Assembly: GCF_006345805.1 (NCBI RefSeq) | Contig: NC_042999.1 | Span: forward strand, 19,840,001-19,904,000 | Length of the DNA: 64,000 nucleotides | Direction of reading: 5' to 3' | DNA from: Octopus sinensis | Lineage: Eukaryota | Shown here: in pieces, positions 24,217 to 37,394 of the stretch | Layout: each line of letters begins with the position of its first letter | How positions within the stretch are numbered: position 1 is the stretch's first letter | Position numbers and translations under genes: made by a program | Notes under the pieces: generated by a model | Databases searched by the model: none | What the model was told of the DNA's origin: nothing | What the model saw: only the letters and a program-made list of their open reading frames with translations

Positions 24217-24930
24217 TGGAGTGGGGGGCCAGTCAGTTATGCCATGGAAACTGGGTAACCAGTGCAATGAGTAGAAATTTCCAGGAGCTAATGATGATGT
24301 ATTTACTTAGATTCTTAAATTCGACTTCCCCAACCAGTCCACCATAGTTTCTAACACACTAACTTGCTGTTGGTGTACACCATGTAGATAAATTCTTCAG
24401 CAATGCTCCAAACAAACAACCCAATGTATTATAGCCAAAGTTCATTAATCTTCTATTTATTAGAAATTGAAATGGCCTAAGAGCTTAGCTACTCTAAATA
24501 ACCTTGTCAATTGTTTCACAGTTTCAATTGATATCTTTATATATTGAGATAAACTGTTCCAAATATGACAAAATGTTATCATTCGGCTGCATGGCTTTCC
24601 AAGATTCATTATTTCAAGTAGCTTAATCCCATAAGCTTTATGACTGTCCAGCGTTAGCACTATTGAGATTTTCTTCAATTGTCTATTAGCATCATTTAGA
24701 TATTTAATCACCTATTATTTGGTGATTTCTTTATGTATTAATAATCTGGCTTCTTATCAACTTATTTATTATGACATTTATGTGCATGTGTAGGTGTGTA
24801 TGTGTGTATGTGTGTGTGTTACGTTTGTGCTTTGATTTCCTTTTATGCTTTAACTAAACCATACACCCTGCTGTGGCCATACAGCAGCACCAACCAAAAT
24901 GGCTTTATTGTAGTGTATCATACTTATACT

Positions 24931-25415
24931 CATAGGCACAAGGCCCGAAACTTTTGGCGGAATTTCAACTCAGAACATAACGACAGACGAAATACCTATT
25001 TCTTTACTACCCACAAGGGGCTAAACACAGAGAGGACAAACAAGGACAGACAAAGGGATTAAGTCGATTATATCGACCCCAGTGTATAACTGGTACTTAT
25101 TTAATCGACCCTGAAAGGATGAAAGTCAAAGTCGACCTCAGCAGAATTTGAACTCAGAACGTAGCCACAGACAAAATACCGCTATGCATTTCGTCCCCTT
25201 GCTAACATTTCTACCAACTCTAGGCACAAGACCTGAAATTTTTAGGGTGGTGACCAGTCGAATAGCTCGACCCCAGTAGGCAACTGGTACTTAATTTATC
25301 AAACTTGAAAGGATGAAAAGCAAAGTCAACCATGGCGGAATTTGAACTCAGAATGTAAAGACAGACAAAATACTGGTAAGCATTTCACCCTTGTGCTAAC
25401 GTTACTACCAGCTCG
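24931..25415 (-). mobile_element. Cluster of family N SINEs
   Basis: Repeated GGATGAAAGGCAAAGTCGACC...GAATTTGAACTCAGAA. Confidence 0.75.
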
Positions 25416-25849
25416 CTACCTTAAGAATGTTATAAATATTCTTTTCTACTCTAGGCATAGTTTCCATCTACCAGATTCACTAATAGAGCATTGGCTGCCC
25501 CAGGGCTATAATTGAAGATGCCTAATGTGCAAGCAGTGGGACTGTGCCAAAATCTACATGGCTGTAAAGCAAACTTCTTCACTACACAGCATTGTCTGCA
25601 CCTGTATGTGTGTATGTGTGTGTTTATGTATATGTGTACGTATGTGTTTATATACACTCAGAGGGGACAAACAAGGACAGACAAGTGGATTAAGTTGATT
25701 ATATCGACCCCAGTGCGTAACGAGTATTTAGTTAATCGACCCCAAAAGGATGAAAGGCAAAGTCAATCTCGGTGGAATTTGAACTCAGAACATAGTGGCA
25801 GATGAAATACCACTAAGCATTTCATGCTTCTGCCAACTTACCGCCTTGC

Positions 25850-25925
25850 CTAGTACTTATTCTATCGGTAAACACACCAACATCGGTTCTCAAGCATTGA
25901 TGGGGAGGGAGGGGGGGCAGACGCA

Positions 25926-25970
<45 letters not shown>

Positions 25971-26125
25971 GTGTGTGTGTGTGACAGGCTTTTTTCAGTT
26001 TCCGTCTACCAAATACATTCATAAGGCTTCGGTCAACCCGAGGCTATAGTAGAAGACACTTGCCCAAGGTGCCACGCAGTGGGACTGAACCTGGAACCAT
26101 GTGATTGGTAAGCAAGCTACTTACC
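25850..26125 (-). mobile_element. Family C SINE
   Basis: Reverse complement of the family C head and core. Confidence 0.75.
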
Positions 26126-27544
26126 ACACACACACTCCTGCATGTATTTATGCATGTGTGTGTAGTTCAACATCGTCATCATCGTCGTCATCCTTGAATG
26201 TCTGTTTTCCTTGCTAGCATGTGTTGGACTGCCACCGTTAATGTACTGCGTTCCTTATGTACTGCTATTTACGGTTACTACTATTCATATATGAAAAAAA
26301 TGTCTGCAGATATATCTCTATTACTGAAACATTTCTAGTTACACAAAAGACATAATGGAATGTCTGCAACAGTAAGGACCATTGCATAACATCAAAACGT
26401 CGTAACAAAAGGTAAAATTAGATATTTCAGTGACTATGATGCATTTTATTGGAAACGTCAGTGCATTCTTCTTTCAAATATTGGCTTCGTAGATTTGCAT
26501 AATCACAACTCATATTTGACGAAGGAAAAAATAACAGGGCCAATAATTTGGCCAGTGACATGATGTGAATAGAGACAACCCAAGTCACTTAAATCTGAGC
26601 TGGTATTTGTTGCTGAATATAGCAATAAATTACATATTTCATAAAAAGGTTTTATTTATTTATTGTGAAAGAGAGCTATATTCTATGGTAATGAGAATAT
26701 GCAGCGCTGGTAGTTTCTGTGCATTATAATAATGTCCTGAATTTGAAATTTATATGCTTGATATATTTATAACATGAAAAGTAAATACAACTTAGAAAAG
26801 AATGGTAAAAGCAAGTAATCATATTGATTTGTTGGCGCTATTCTTCAAATGGTAAAATATGAAGAAAATCAAAAACAACCAAAAACCAAAGGATAATTCT
26901 GTGAGATATTTAATGCAATAGAAACCATTATTCTCATTTTAGAAATGAATGGCTGAAAGTTGACTTTTCCAGGAGTTTTAGATTTTCATATTAAAACAAG
27001 GGGCTTTTGTTCTAGATGATAGATGAGATTTCTTTAAATTCTTAAAGAAGTTATTAAACATGAGTTTATTTATCCCAACAAAGAAATTTATACAATGATA
27101 AATTGTGATTCCCACTTTGGATCTACAATTGGCAATCTGCAAGAATCTGGCACGTGTTTTCCAGCCAACAATATTTAGATTTATCATAAGGTTTTTGTTT
27201 ACATTTGTTTTCGTTGTTTTGCTTGTCTTTCATTATTGCAGTTTGGAAATTAATTATTAATATGATTATTAACTGAAAATATGAAACTGCATTGACTTGG
27301 CAGAAGCAATTAAAATTTTGATAAACTGAAAGCATAGTACTCAAGCATATCACTTTTCTTCTTACAATGGATGACAGAAAATAAGCAAATGAATAGGATT
27401 TTGAAGTTTTGCTTCAAATTCCTATTCAATCATATCTTAATATTTATCCAAGATTTAAATCTCACACTAGATGCAAATATGGCCTTGTGCTTACAAAGCA
27501 AATGCTTTACAGCTACTTCAGGGTTCAATTTCACCGATTCATCA

Positions 27545-27960
27545 TAATCATCATCACCATCATCATTATCGTTTAACGTCTGTTTTCCATGCTGGCATGG
27601 GATGGATGCTTTGACCGGGGTCTGGGAAGCCAGGAGGCTGCACCAGGCTCTAGTCTGATCTGGCAGTGTTTCTACAGCTGGATGCCCTTCCGAACACCAA
27701 CCACTCCATGGAGTGTAGTGGGTGCTTTTTACATGCCACCAGCACAGGTGCCAGTGGAGGCTGGCAGCAGCCACGATCGGTTGGTGCTTTTTACATGCCA
27801 CCGGCACAGGTATCACAACTACAATTTCCATCTGACTTTTTACTTTGATGTTGATGTACTTGACTCAAAAGGTCTCATCAAGCACAGCAGGTCGCCCTAC
27901 AATCCAAGGTAAGCACAGCAGGCCGTTCTGCGATTCAAGGTACTTTGGATGGATTGTAAC
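27545..27960 (-). mobile_element. Family M element
   Basis: (CAT)n tail at left. GATGCCCTTCC...CCAACC motif. Confidence 0.75.
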
Positions 27961-28331
27961 TCTCAATAAGTATCTTTATTGATAATCTTGTGTTGATTAA
28001 TAGAATGTGGAATCAAGCAAACAGAAACTGTACTGGAACCAATAGAAAAGTTCATGAAGCATATCTTGGGCAATATCAATATTTACGTAATCCAAAAGAT
28101 CACATTATGCAGAACAGCTCACATTCTAAGCAAAGTGCTACCAATCAAATGACAGATTTCCTATAGCACCATATATAGACCTGGTCTACAGAATACAGGA
28201 AATAGAGAAGAATCAATCATGATTTCTAATTTAGGCAAAGTCTGGAATTTGATCTGAGAATGTAAAGGACTGGATCAAATAATGCAGGGCACATTTTTCT
28301 GACACTAAAATGTCTGCCAATTTACCATTCT

Positions 28332-28810
28332 TTAACTCTTTCATTACTGTATTTATTTTGAGACGTTTTGTGTTTCTTTCAATTAGTTTTTAATATAACA
28401 AAGAATTTAGTAAAATAACTTAGTTATCATTAAGCTAGTGTTAGGAACATAAATTGTGACTAACGTTTGGTGAAGATTTTAATTGAAAACTTATGAAAAC
28501 AAGACATTTGTACTAAGACAGAGGTGGTTTCACACAGGTTGGTAACGAAAGGGTTAAGAATTGTTACTCTGTTATATATTTTAATTCTTTTGTTACCATA
28601 TTTATTTTGAGATGCTCTGTGTTTCTTTCAATTAATTTTAAATATAACAAAGAATTTAGTAAAATAACTTAGTAATCATTAAGCTAGTGTTAGGACCATA
28701 AATTTTGACTAAGGTTTGGTGGAAGATTTTAATTGAAAACTTATGAAAACAAGACAATTGTACTACAGAGCCAGAGGCAGTTTCGGCCAGGTTGGTAATG
28801 AAAGGTTTAA
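28332..28810 (-). mobile_element. Dimer of the piggyBac-type MITE, inverted relative to the 13.4-kb array
   Basis: Two units (28332-28557 and 28581-28810) with TTAA ends and the spacer GAATTGTTACTCTGTTATATATT. Confidence 0.85.
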
Positions 28811-28869
28811 TAATATTTTCTGATTTAGGCAGAGGGCCAGGAATTTTAAGAGGAAGGTATCATTTTTTT

Positions 28870-29540
28870 TATCTTTTATTTATTTCAGTCATTAGATTGT
28901 GGCCATGGTGGGGCACCACCTTCAAGAATTTTAGTTGAAGGAATCGACCCCAGGACTTTTATTTTAAACCTGGTTCTTATTCAGTCAATTTCTTTCGCCA
29001 GACTGTTAAGTTACAGGGACGTAAACACACCAACACCAGTTATCAGTCTGTGATGGGGGAACAAACACAGGCATGAAAACACACACATAGATACATACTT
29101 CATCATCATCATCGTTGTTTAACATCCACTTTCCTTGCTGGCATGGGTTGGATGGTTTGACTGAGGCTGAACATGGCTACAATCTGATTTGACAATGTTT
29201 CTATAGCTGGATGCCCTTCCTAACACCAACCACTCTGAAAGTGTAGCCGATGCTTTTTACACGCCACCAGCATAGGAGCTTGTGAGGTGGCACTGGCATC
29301 ATCCACACTTGAATGGTGCTTTTTATGAACCACCAGCATGGATGCCAGTCAGGTGGTACTGGCAGTCAGGCGACACACACACATACATGATGGGCTTCTT
29401 TCAGTTTCCATCTACCAAATCCACTCACAAGGCATTGGTTGGCCTGAGGCTATAATAGAAGACACTTTCCCAAGGTGCTACAAAGTGGGACAGAACTATG
29501 TGGTTGAGAAGCAAGCTTTTTACCACACAGCTACATCTGT
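28870..29540 (-). mobile_element. Family C SINE interrupted by a family M end (about 29100-29350)
   Basis: C tail at left, C head at right, M sequence in the internal microsatellite position. Confidence 0.65.
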
Positions 29541-30329
29541 AGTCTATAGTATTTCATCTTATTGATCTTAAAAGGGCGAAAGGTAAAATTGATCTTGGTT
29601 CAATTAAGCATCCAGTACACTCAGTAAAGTGGTTGTGTGGTGACATAGAAAAAAGCACCCACTACTCTCTGCTATGTGATTGGAATAAGGAAGGGCATCC
29701 AGCCGTAGAAGCCATACCAAAGATGACACTGGAGCTCAATGCAGTCCTACAGCTCGTAGGTTCTCTGTCAAACCATTCTTCCCATGCCCATATGGAAAGT
29801 GGATGCTAAAAGATGACGATGATGATGATGATGAATGTAAAAAGACAGAACAAATACTGTGAATCATTTTGTTGCCTGATACACTTATCATTCTGTCAGT
29901 CGATCACCCTTTAAAATAATTGTTTCTATAATAGGCAAGAAGCCAGAAAAGCCGACTGTGCTTGGCACCAGTGTTCTCACGGGTCTTATGAACAGAATAA
30001 AAACAGCTAGATTAGATAGTGGAATGCATCCTTTCGAATGATTTATGAATTTTAATTATCTTCCACTACAGCTTGGCACTTTATTTGTTAACCCTGAAAG
30101 GATGACATAGAATGTCTGTTGAAATTGAACTCATAGTGCACAGCATTGATATGATCATTGCACAGCATTGACATCTAGCATTTAACAACTCTGCCAAGTC
30201 ACCACTGCAAATGAGATATATATATACACTCATAAGTACTCACATACTTGCTCAAATACCTCCATATGCAAGTAGAAGTGTGTCTGCACATATGTATTTA
30301 TGTAGGTGTGTGTATATACATATATACAT

Positions 30330-30626
30330 AGGCACAGGAGTGGCTGTGTGGTAAGTATGTTGCTTACCAACCACATGGTTCTATGTTCAGTGCCACTGCG
30401 TGGCATCTTCGGCAAGTGTCTTCTACTATAGCTTCGGCCATGCTGGAGCACCACCTTTAGTAAAGCAAATCGACTCCAGGACTTATTCTTTGGAAGCCTA
30501 GTACTTATTCTATCAGTCTCTTTCGCCGAATTGCTAAGTTACAGGGATGTAAACACACCAGCATCGGTTGTCAAGTGATGTTAGTGGGGGACAAACACAG
30601 ACACACAAGCTTATACACACGCATAT

Positions 30627-30660
<34 letters not shown>

Positions 30661-30982
30661 CATATATATGACGGGCTTCGTTCAGTTTCCATCTACCAAA
30701 TCCACTCACAAGGCTTTGGTCAGCCTGAAGCTATAGTAGAAGACAGTTGCCCAAGGTGCCATGCAGTGGGACTGAACCCAGCCCCGAACCATGTGGTTGG
30801 TAAGCAAGCTATTTATACATATATATGATGGGCTTCTTTCAGTTTCCGTGTACCAAATCCACTCACAAGGCTTTGGCCGGCCTGAGGCTATAGTAGAAGA
30901 CACTTGCCCAAGGTTCCACGCAATGGGACTGAACCCAGCCCCGAACCATGTGGTTGGTAAGCAAGCTATATATATATGATGA

Positions 30983-31020
<38 letters not shown>

Positions 31021-31171
31021 CTTCTTTCAGTTTCCGTCTACCAAATCCACTCACAAGGCTTTGGCCGGCCCGAGGCTATAGTAGAAGACACTTGCCAAAG
31101 GTGTCACGCAGTGGACTGAACCCAGCCCCGAACCATGTGGTTGGTAAGCAAGCTATATATATATGATGATG

Positions 31172-31205
<34 letters not shown>

Positions 31206-31365
31206 CTTCTTTCAGTTTCTGTCTACCAAATGCAGTCACAAGGCTTTGGTCATCCCGAGGCTATAGTAGAAGACACTTGCCCAAGGTGCTAAGCAGTGGG
31301 AATGAACCCGGCCCGGAACCATGTGGTTGGTAAGCTAGCTACTTACCACACAGCCACTCTTGCGC
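30330..31365. mobile_element. Family C SINE complex: plus-strand head fused to a minus-strand copy with four tandem head segments
   Basis: CTACCAAATCCACTCACAAGGCTTTGG repeats at about 30690, 30850, 31040 and 31225, separated by (TA)n. Confidence 0.75.
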
Positions 31366-31769
31366 CTATTGCATACATTATTTTTAAAACGTTCTTTCTA
31401 ACAGAGGAAAAAATATATACAAGTTTTGTTGCACATATATGTGCACATGTGGCCATCATGCCATATGGCGGCTTGGCTAAATTGCATAACAATTGCTGCT
31501 TGCTGTTGACTATTATTTATCTTAACTTTCATTCAGTCATTCTAGCTAAAAGATAAATGCCACTTTTTTCATTATACTTCATTAGTTATCCTTATTAAAA
31601 TTTGTTCATCTGTGAAATACCTGTTCAATTAATTAATTGATGAAAATGTCTAAATTTTTAAGATCATTAATCCATGTTTTACTATAAACAATAGTTGCAT
31701 AACAACAGAAAAATATGAACAGAAATGAAAAAAGAAAGTAAAATATAGAATAAATATATAAAAAAATAA

Positions 31770-31840
31770 AAATAATAATAATAATAATGATGATGATGAT
31801 GCTGATGATGATGATGATGATGATGATGACGATGGTGATG

Positions 31841-31932
<92 letters not shown>

Positions 31933-32070
31933 GGTGGTGTTGGTGGCGGTGGTGATGATGATGATGATGATGATGATGATGGTGGTGATGGTGGTGGTGG
32001 TGGTGGTGGTGGTGGTTGTGGTGATGATGATGATGAGGAGGAGGAGGAGGAAGAGGATAATAATAATAAA
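31770..32070. repeat. Compound trinucleotide tract (AAT)(GAT)(GGT)(GAG)(AAT)
   Basis: Directly visible. Confidence 0.95.
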
Positions 32071-32233
32071 TGAACTGCAGTTAAGTAGATATAGAATTTC
32101 ATTTTAGTGTATGTTTATTCATGAAAATAAATATTTACCTTGTGTAATAGATAATATTTATTGTATGGTGTAATAAAGTTCAATTTGGAATGCTGGTAGT
32201 AGAGTTACTGCAAGACTTAAGACAAACTGGATT

Positions 32234-33761
32234 GAAGAAGGGGAAGAAAAAGAAGTAGTAGAAGAAGAAGAAGAAGAAGAAGAAGAAGAAGAAGAAGAAG
32301 AAGGAGGAGAAGAAGGAGAAGAAGGAGAAGAAGGAGAAGAAGAAGGAGAAGAAGAAGGAGAAGAAGGAGAAGAAGGAGAAGAAGGAGAAGAAGGAGAAGA
32401 AGAAGGAGAAGAAGAAGGAGAAGAAGAAGGAGAAGGAGAAGAAGGAGAAGAAGGAGAAGAAGAAGGAGAAGAAGAGAGAAGAAGGAGAAGAAGGAGAAGA
32501 AGAAGAAGGAGAAGAAGGAGAAGAAGGAGAAGGAGAAGAAGAAGAAGGAAAGAAGAAGAAGAAGAAGAGAAGAAGAAGAAGAAGGAGAAGAAGGAGAAGA
32601 AGGAGAAGAAGGAGAAGGAGAAGAAGAAGAAGAAGAAGGAGAAGAAGAAGGATAGAAGAAGAGAAGAAGAGAAAAGGAGAAGAAAAGAAGAAGAGAAGAA
32701 GAAGAAGGAGAAGAAGAAGAAGAAGGAGAAGAAAGAAGAAGAAGAAGAGAAGGAAAGAAAGAATGAGAAGAAGAAGAAGAAGGAGAAGAAGAAGAAGAAG
32801 GAGAAGAGGAGAAGAAGAAGAAAAGGAGAAGAAGAAGAAGAAGGAGAAGAAGGAGAAGAAGGAGAAGAAGAGAAGGAGAAGAAGAAGAAGAAGAAGGAGA
32901 AAAGAAGGATAAGAAGAAGGAGAAGAAGAAGAAGAAGAGAAGAGAAGAAGAAGAAACGAAGAAGAAGGAGAAAAGAAGAAGAAGGAGAAGAAGAAGAAGA
33001 AGAAGAAGAAGAAGGAGAAGAAGAAGGAGAAGAAGAAGAAGGAGAAGAAGAAGAAGAAGAGGAGAAGAAGGAGAAGAAGAAGAAGAAGGAAGAAGAAGAA
33101 GAAGAAGGAGAAGAAGAAGAAGAAGGAGAAGAAGAAGAAGAAGGAGAAGAAGGAGAAGAAGAAGAAGAAGAAGGAGAAGAAGAAGAAGAAGGAGGAGAAG
33201 AAGGAGAAGAAGGAGAAGAAGGAGAAGAAGAAGGAGAAGAAGAAGGAGAAGAAGAAGAAGAAGGAGAAGAAGGAGAAAAAGGAGAGAAGAAGGAGAATAA
33301 GAGGAGAGAAAAGAAGAAGGAGAAGAAGAAGAAGAAGAAGGAGAAGAAGAAGGGAGAAGAGAGAAGAAGGAGAAGAAGAAGGAGAAGCAGTAGAAGAAGA
33401 AGAGAAGAAGAAGAAGGAGAAGAGAAGGAGAAGAAGAAGAAGAAGGAGAAGAAGAAGGAGAGAGAGAAGAAGGAAAGAAGAAGGAGAGAAGGAGAAGAAG
33501 GAGAAGAAGAAGAAGAAGAAAAGAAAAGGGATAGGAATAGGGGAAGAAAAGAAAGAGAGAAGAAGAGAAGGAGGAGGGGGAGGAGAAGTGGAAGAAAGGA
33601 GAAGAAGGAGGAGGAGGAAAAAAGAAGGGGAAGAAGAAGGGAAAAAGGAGAGGGAGGAGGCGAAAAAGGGGGGAGGAGAAGAAGAAAAAGAAGAAGGAGA
33701 TGAAAGACGAGGAGGATTTGGAGGCGGAAAAGGAGAAGAAGAAGAAGAAGAAGAAGAAGAA

Positions 33762-33792
<31 letters not shown>

Positions 33793-33850
33793 GGAAGAAG
33801 AAGAAGAAGAAGAAGGAAAAGCAGCAGCAGCGGCAGCAGCAACAACAACA
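32234..33850. repeat. About 1.6-kb (GAA/GGA)n polypurine tract ending in (GCA)(CAA)
   Basis: Directly visible. Pyrimidines are rare on the plus strand. Confidence 0.98.
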
Positions 33851-34063
33851 ATTTCCAGGATTTTTAAAGGAACCGATCAACTCTTTCTTGGATTCATTGA
33901 TTTTTACCAAAATGAAAAATGGACTCTTCTATCAGAACAAAGAATAATTCTGAAGAAACGTTAATCCCCAAATTCCAACTCTGTTGCATTTGCTTATTTC
34001 AGATGAAAAGGAATTCAGCTTGGCATCACTGGTTTTTCTGGCATTTGTGTGAGAAATTGTCTA

Positions 34064-34446
34064 TCTCTCTCTATATAAACGGCAGTTTGTCTGTGCGTGT
34101 TTCTGTTTGTCTGTTTGCTTGTACCCTCACCCTGACCACGGCTTTCAACCGATTCTGATGAAACTTGACACACACATAGCCCAATGTCATAATTCAAAAC
34201 TAACGCAGCGAAAATTTTGAAAAGTTCCCCCAGTTCTGAAAAAAATCGATAAATTCGACATGGGGTCGAGAATCAGAAACACAAACCGCAAACTGTCTAG
34301 GGGACGCAACTCCACCTTTGTTAACTAAAAATAAAATTTACCATCATTTTTTTCCATTTTTTTGCTATTTTTTGGCTATAACTCTCTAAAAATGCTTTAT
34401 AGTTATTTCTCTTACAAACCTGAGCAACGCCGGGCGATACTGCTAG
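34064..34446 (+). mobile_element. Non-autonomous Helitron
   Basis: A|TC 5' end, subterminal hairpin CCTGAGCAACGCCGGG, CTAG|T 3' end, no TSD. Near-identical copy at 60527-60910. Confidence 0.8.
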
Positions 34447-34782
34447 TAGCGAAATAAAAGTAATATTAAAGGCTGTATGAAAACTGGCTTGTAAGATCCG
34501 TTGGATTATTTCTATATTGCAAGGGTGATTGAGTGTTTTGCATGCAGTTGGCTATTTGTGGATTGGAGAGAAATAGACAGAAGGGGTTCTTTTATCGTTG
34601 GTTCAGTCTGGAGGAAGAGAATGTGCTTGTAGATTTTGCAGGCTCTCTGAGACTGGTATGATTGATGCATTGCAAATTCTTGTTGAATAATTTCAAGTAG
34701 AAAACTTCGGAAATAAATGTGCAAGTATGTATTCCAAAATGTTGCTAGTCTGAAAAAGTAAGATTGGGTATATTGGTTGATG

Positions 34783-35410
34783 TCACGTGACCGACCAGGC
34801 TATCAGATGTTGCTACACATCGCTGGTCACAATGCACTTCACATTGTTTTAGCCTTCAAATGACGCCACTCTGCTGGCTAAGTGCGCAGGCCAATAGAAG
34901 AAAGAGTGAGAGAAAGTTGCGGCGAAAGAATACAGCAGGGATCACTACTCCGCCCCTGCCAGAGCCTCGTGAAGTTTTAGGTGTTTTTACTCAATAAACA
35001 CTCACAATGTTCAGTCTGGGAATCGAAACTGCGATCCTACGACCGCGAGTCCGCTGCCCTAACCACTAGGCCCTTGTGCCTCCACACACACACACACATA
35101 TATATATATATCACCGTGACCGACCAGGCAGTCAGATGTTGTTACACATCGCTGGTCACAATGCGCTTCACATTGATTTAGCCTTCAAATGACGCCACCC
35201 CGCTGGTTAAGCGAGCAGGCCAACAGAAGAAAGAGTGAGAGAAAGTTGTGGTGAAAGAATACAGCAGGGATCGCCACTCCGCCCCTGCCAGAGCCTCGTG
35301 AAGTTTTAGGTGTTTTTACTCAATAAACACTCACAATGTTCAGTCTGGGAATTGAAACCGCGATCCTATGACCGCGAGTCCGCAGCCCTAAACGCTGGGC
35401 CATTGTGCCT
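34783..35410 (-). mobile_element. Tandem pair of a further tRNA-derived SINE
   Basis: Two copies of about 300 bp (34783-35081 and 35111-35410). Minus-strand head GGCCTAGTGGTTAGGGCAGCGG...GTTTCGATTCCC. Confidence 0.8.
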
Positions 35411-35949
35411 CGACATGGTGGTTGATGTAATGGTTGGGAAGTGGTTACAACATGGACAACAAAAGAAGAAAAGATGGCTGAGTAGAAAGGTCTTAAGTTG
35501 AGGTGGCACAAGATGAAAATAGTCAGCTCCTAGAAGGAAAGACAATTGTAATAGTGATAAAAACCACAGAATGAGGAGATAGTATATTTATAGTGCAGAG
35601 GTTAGAGTTAAGATAAAACATGTCCATGGGGTGAAGAGATGGCACATCTACAGGCCAGGCTTAAAATGTGTTCATGAGTAACTTCATGTGAGCCAATCCT
35701 GTGGTCATTTAATGGACAAGGTCCTGAAATGCTGTCCTAAATAAATGCTAGTTTCTTGCGTGGTAGCAGAAGGTTCCTGGACTAGTTCTGTAGTGCACCA
35801 ACATATGTCAGCAAATGGTTGCATGCACAGTAAGAGCTAGCAGTGACTTTCATGAAGCAGTGAGTTGAGTGACATCGCTGTGTTTACCTTGCAAGTTGGG
35901 AAATTCGTGTTTGTGTGATCACATGTATGCTGTAGTCTGTGATTTTATC

Positions 35950-37100
35950 ATGGACAGGAAGTTTGAACAAAGAGCCAACATGAAATTTTGTTTTAACCCT
36001 TTCATTATCAACCCGACTGAAACTGGCTCTGGCTCTGAGTACAAATGTCTTGTTTTCATAAGTTTTGAATTAAAATCTTCCACCAAACATTAGTCACAAT
36101 TTATGTTCCTAATACTAACTGAATGGTAACTAAGTTATTTTACTAAATTCTTTGTTATATTCAAAGTAATTGAAAGAAACACAGAGCATCTCAAAATAAA
36201 TACAGTAACGAAAAGGTTAAATTTGGGAAGTCTGCTACAGAGACAGTGAGCATGTTTGGCAAGCTTGTGGTGACCAGGTAATGGGTTGTACATAATGTTT
36301 TGTGTTGCATGGGCACTTCAAAAGCAGAAGAAAATCCACGGAAGATGATGAGTGATCTGGAAGAGTTGCCACAAGTGTCATCCCTGGAAATATAGAGAGA
36401 ATTCATCAGCTTGTGTATGAGGATCGTTGGAAGACAATCAACAACATTGCTAATGTTGTAGATCTCTCATATGGGTCTATGCAGGCAATCCTAATGTCTG
36501 AATCAAACGTGCAACACATCTCTGCCAAGTTTAACCCCCACTCTGCCTCCTGATCCCTGAGCAGAAAGAACATTTCATTTAGGTATGTCAAGATCTCCAT
36601 CATCCACTCACAACCCATTCTTCATATCGACGATCACTGTTGATGAGATCTGGGTCTATGGGTACGACTTTGAGAAAGAGCAGCTGTCATCATAATGGAA
36701 GAGCCCTTCATCTCCATGACCAAAGAAGGCATGGCAGAGCTGTAGCCTAATCAACGGAAAGCTTACCATTTCTTTGACATTCACAGTATTGTGCATCAGG
36801 AATTCATCCCCCAGAGCCAAACCATCAATTGAGAGTTCTACTGCAATGTTTTGAAGCATTTGAGGAAGTACATTTTGATTTGTGGAGTGCAAAGTACTGG
36901 ATTCTTCGTAATGACAATACACCCTGTCCCTGAACTCTCCGCTCTTGTGGGTGTCTCACCAAAAACATGGAATCCCTTCAGCACCCACCCTATTCACCTG
37001 ATTTAACATGTACAGCCTTCCATCTCTTCCCTAAGTTGAAAATATAACTCAAAGGTCTCCATTTTAATACCAGTGGCGAGATCCAGAGCAAATCATAGAA
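35950..37100 (+). pseudogene. Decayed mariner transposase
   Basis: MDRKFEQRANMKFCF[MITE]KFGKSATET...EDDE*SGR...EDRWKTINNIA...TVDEIWVYGYDFE...FFDIHSIVHQEFIP..TIN.EFYCNVL...NDN...PPYSPDL, with multiple stops and frameshifts. Confidence 0.9.
35993..36220 (+). mobile_element. Single piggyBac-type MITE inserted at TTAA
   Basis: TTAA at both ends. Removing the MITE plus one TTAA restores the mariner frame TTT-AAA-TTT (F-K-F). Confidence 0.9.
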
Positions 37101-37121
37101 GGTCCTCATCTCGCTGGATTC

Positions 37122-37290
37122 TATTGGGTTGTCCGGAAAGTTCATGCTGATGTATAGTAGCTTACCTTTCGACTTTACAACATAGTTGAGTCCATAAAAT
37201 AGGATTTGACTACACCTCCATTTAGAGCACAGTTTAAGCTATCTTTTCGTGGAAGAAGTTTTACACTCCTATAACCTGTGTATTTATATC
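37122..37290 (+). mobile_element. Terminal fragment of a second mariner-like element
   Basis: Begins TA-TTGGGTTGTCCGGAAAGTTC, which resembles mariner TIRs. No partner end seen. Confidence 0.4.
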
Positions 37291-37394
37291 TGCATATATG
37301 TGTGTGCATGCATGTATATATAACATATATTTCGTATGTGTATGCATATATATATACATGTGTATATATGTTTATATGTATTGAACTGAAAACC

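Noticed and set aside
23225-24347. Overlapping ORFs with 22-aa periodicity, and a possible CRISPR-like array
   Set aside because: A stop-free 22-nt tandem unit is open in all three frames. There are no unique spacers, leader or cas genes.
24460-24711. 83-aa minus-strand ORF in non-repetitive sequence
   Set aside because: No recognisable motif or consistent splice sites.
32180-33947. 576-aa and 544-aa ORFs
   Set aside because: These are translations of the (TTC/TCC)n strand, with poly-F/L/S content and no domain.
34154-34175. CTGATGAAAC in both Helitron copies
   Set aside because: No stem II or flanking stem I/III pairing, so it is not a hammerhead.
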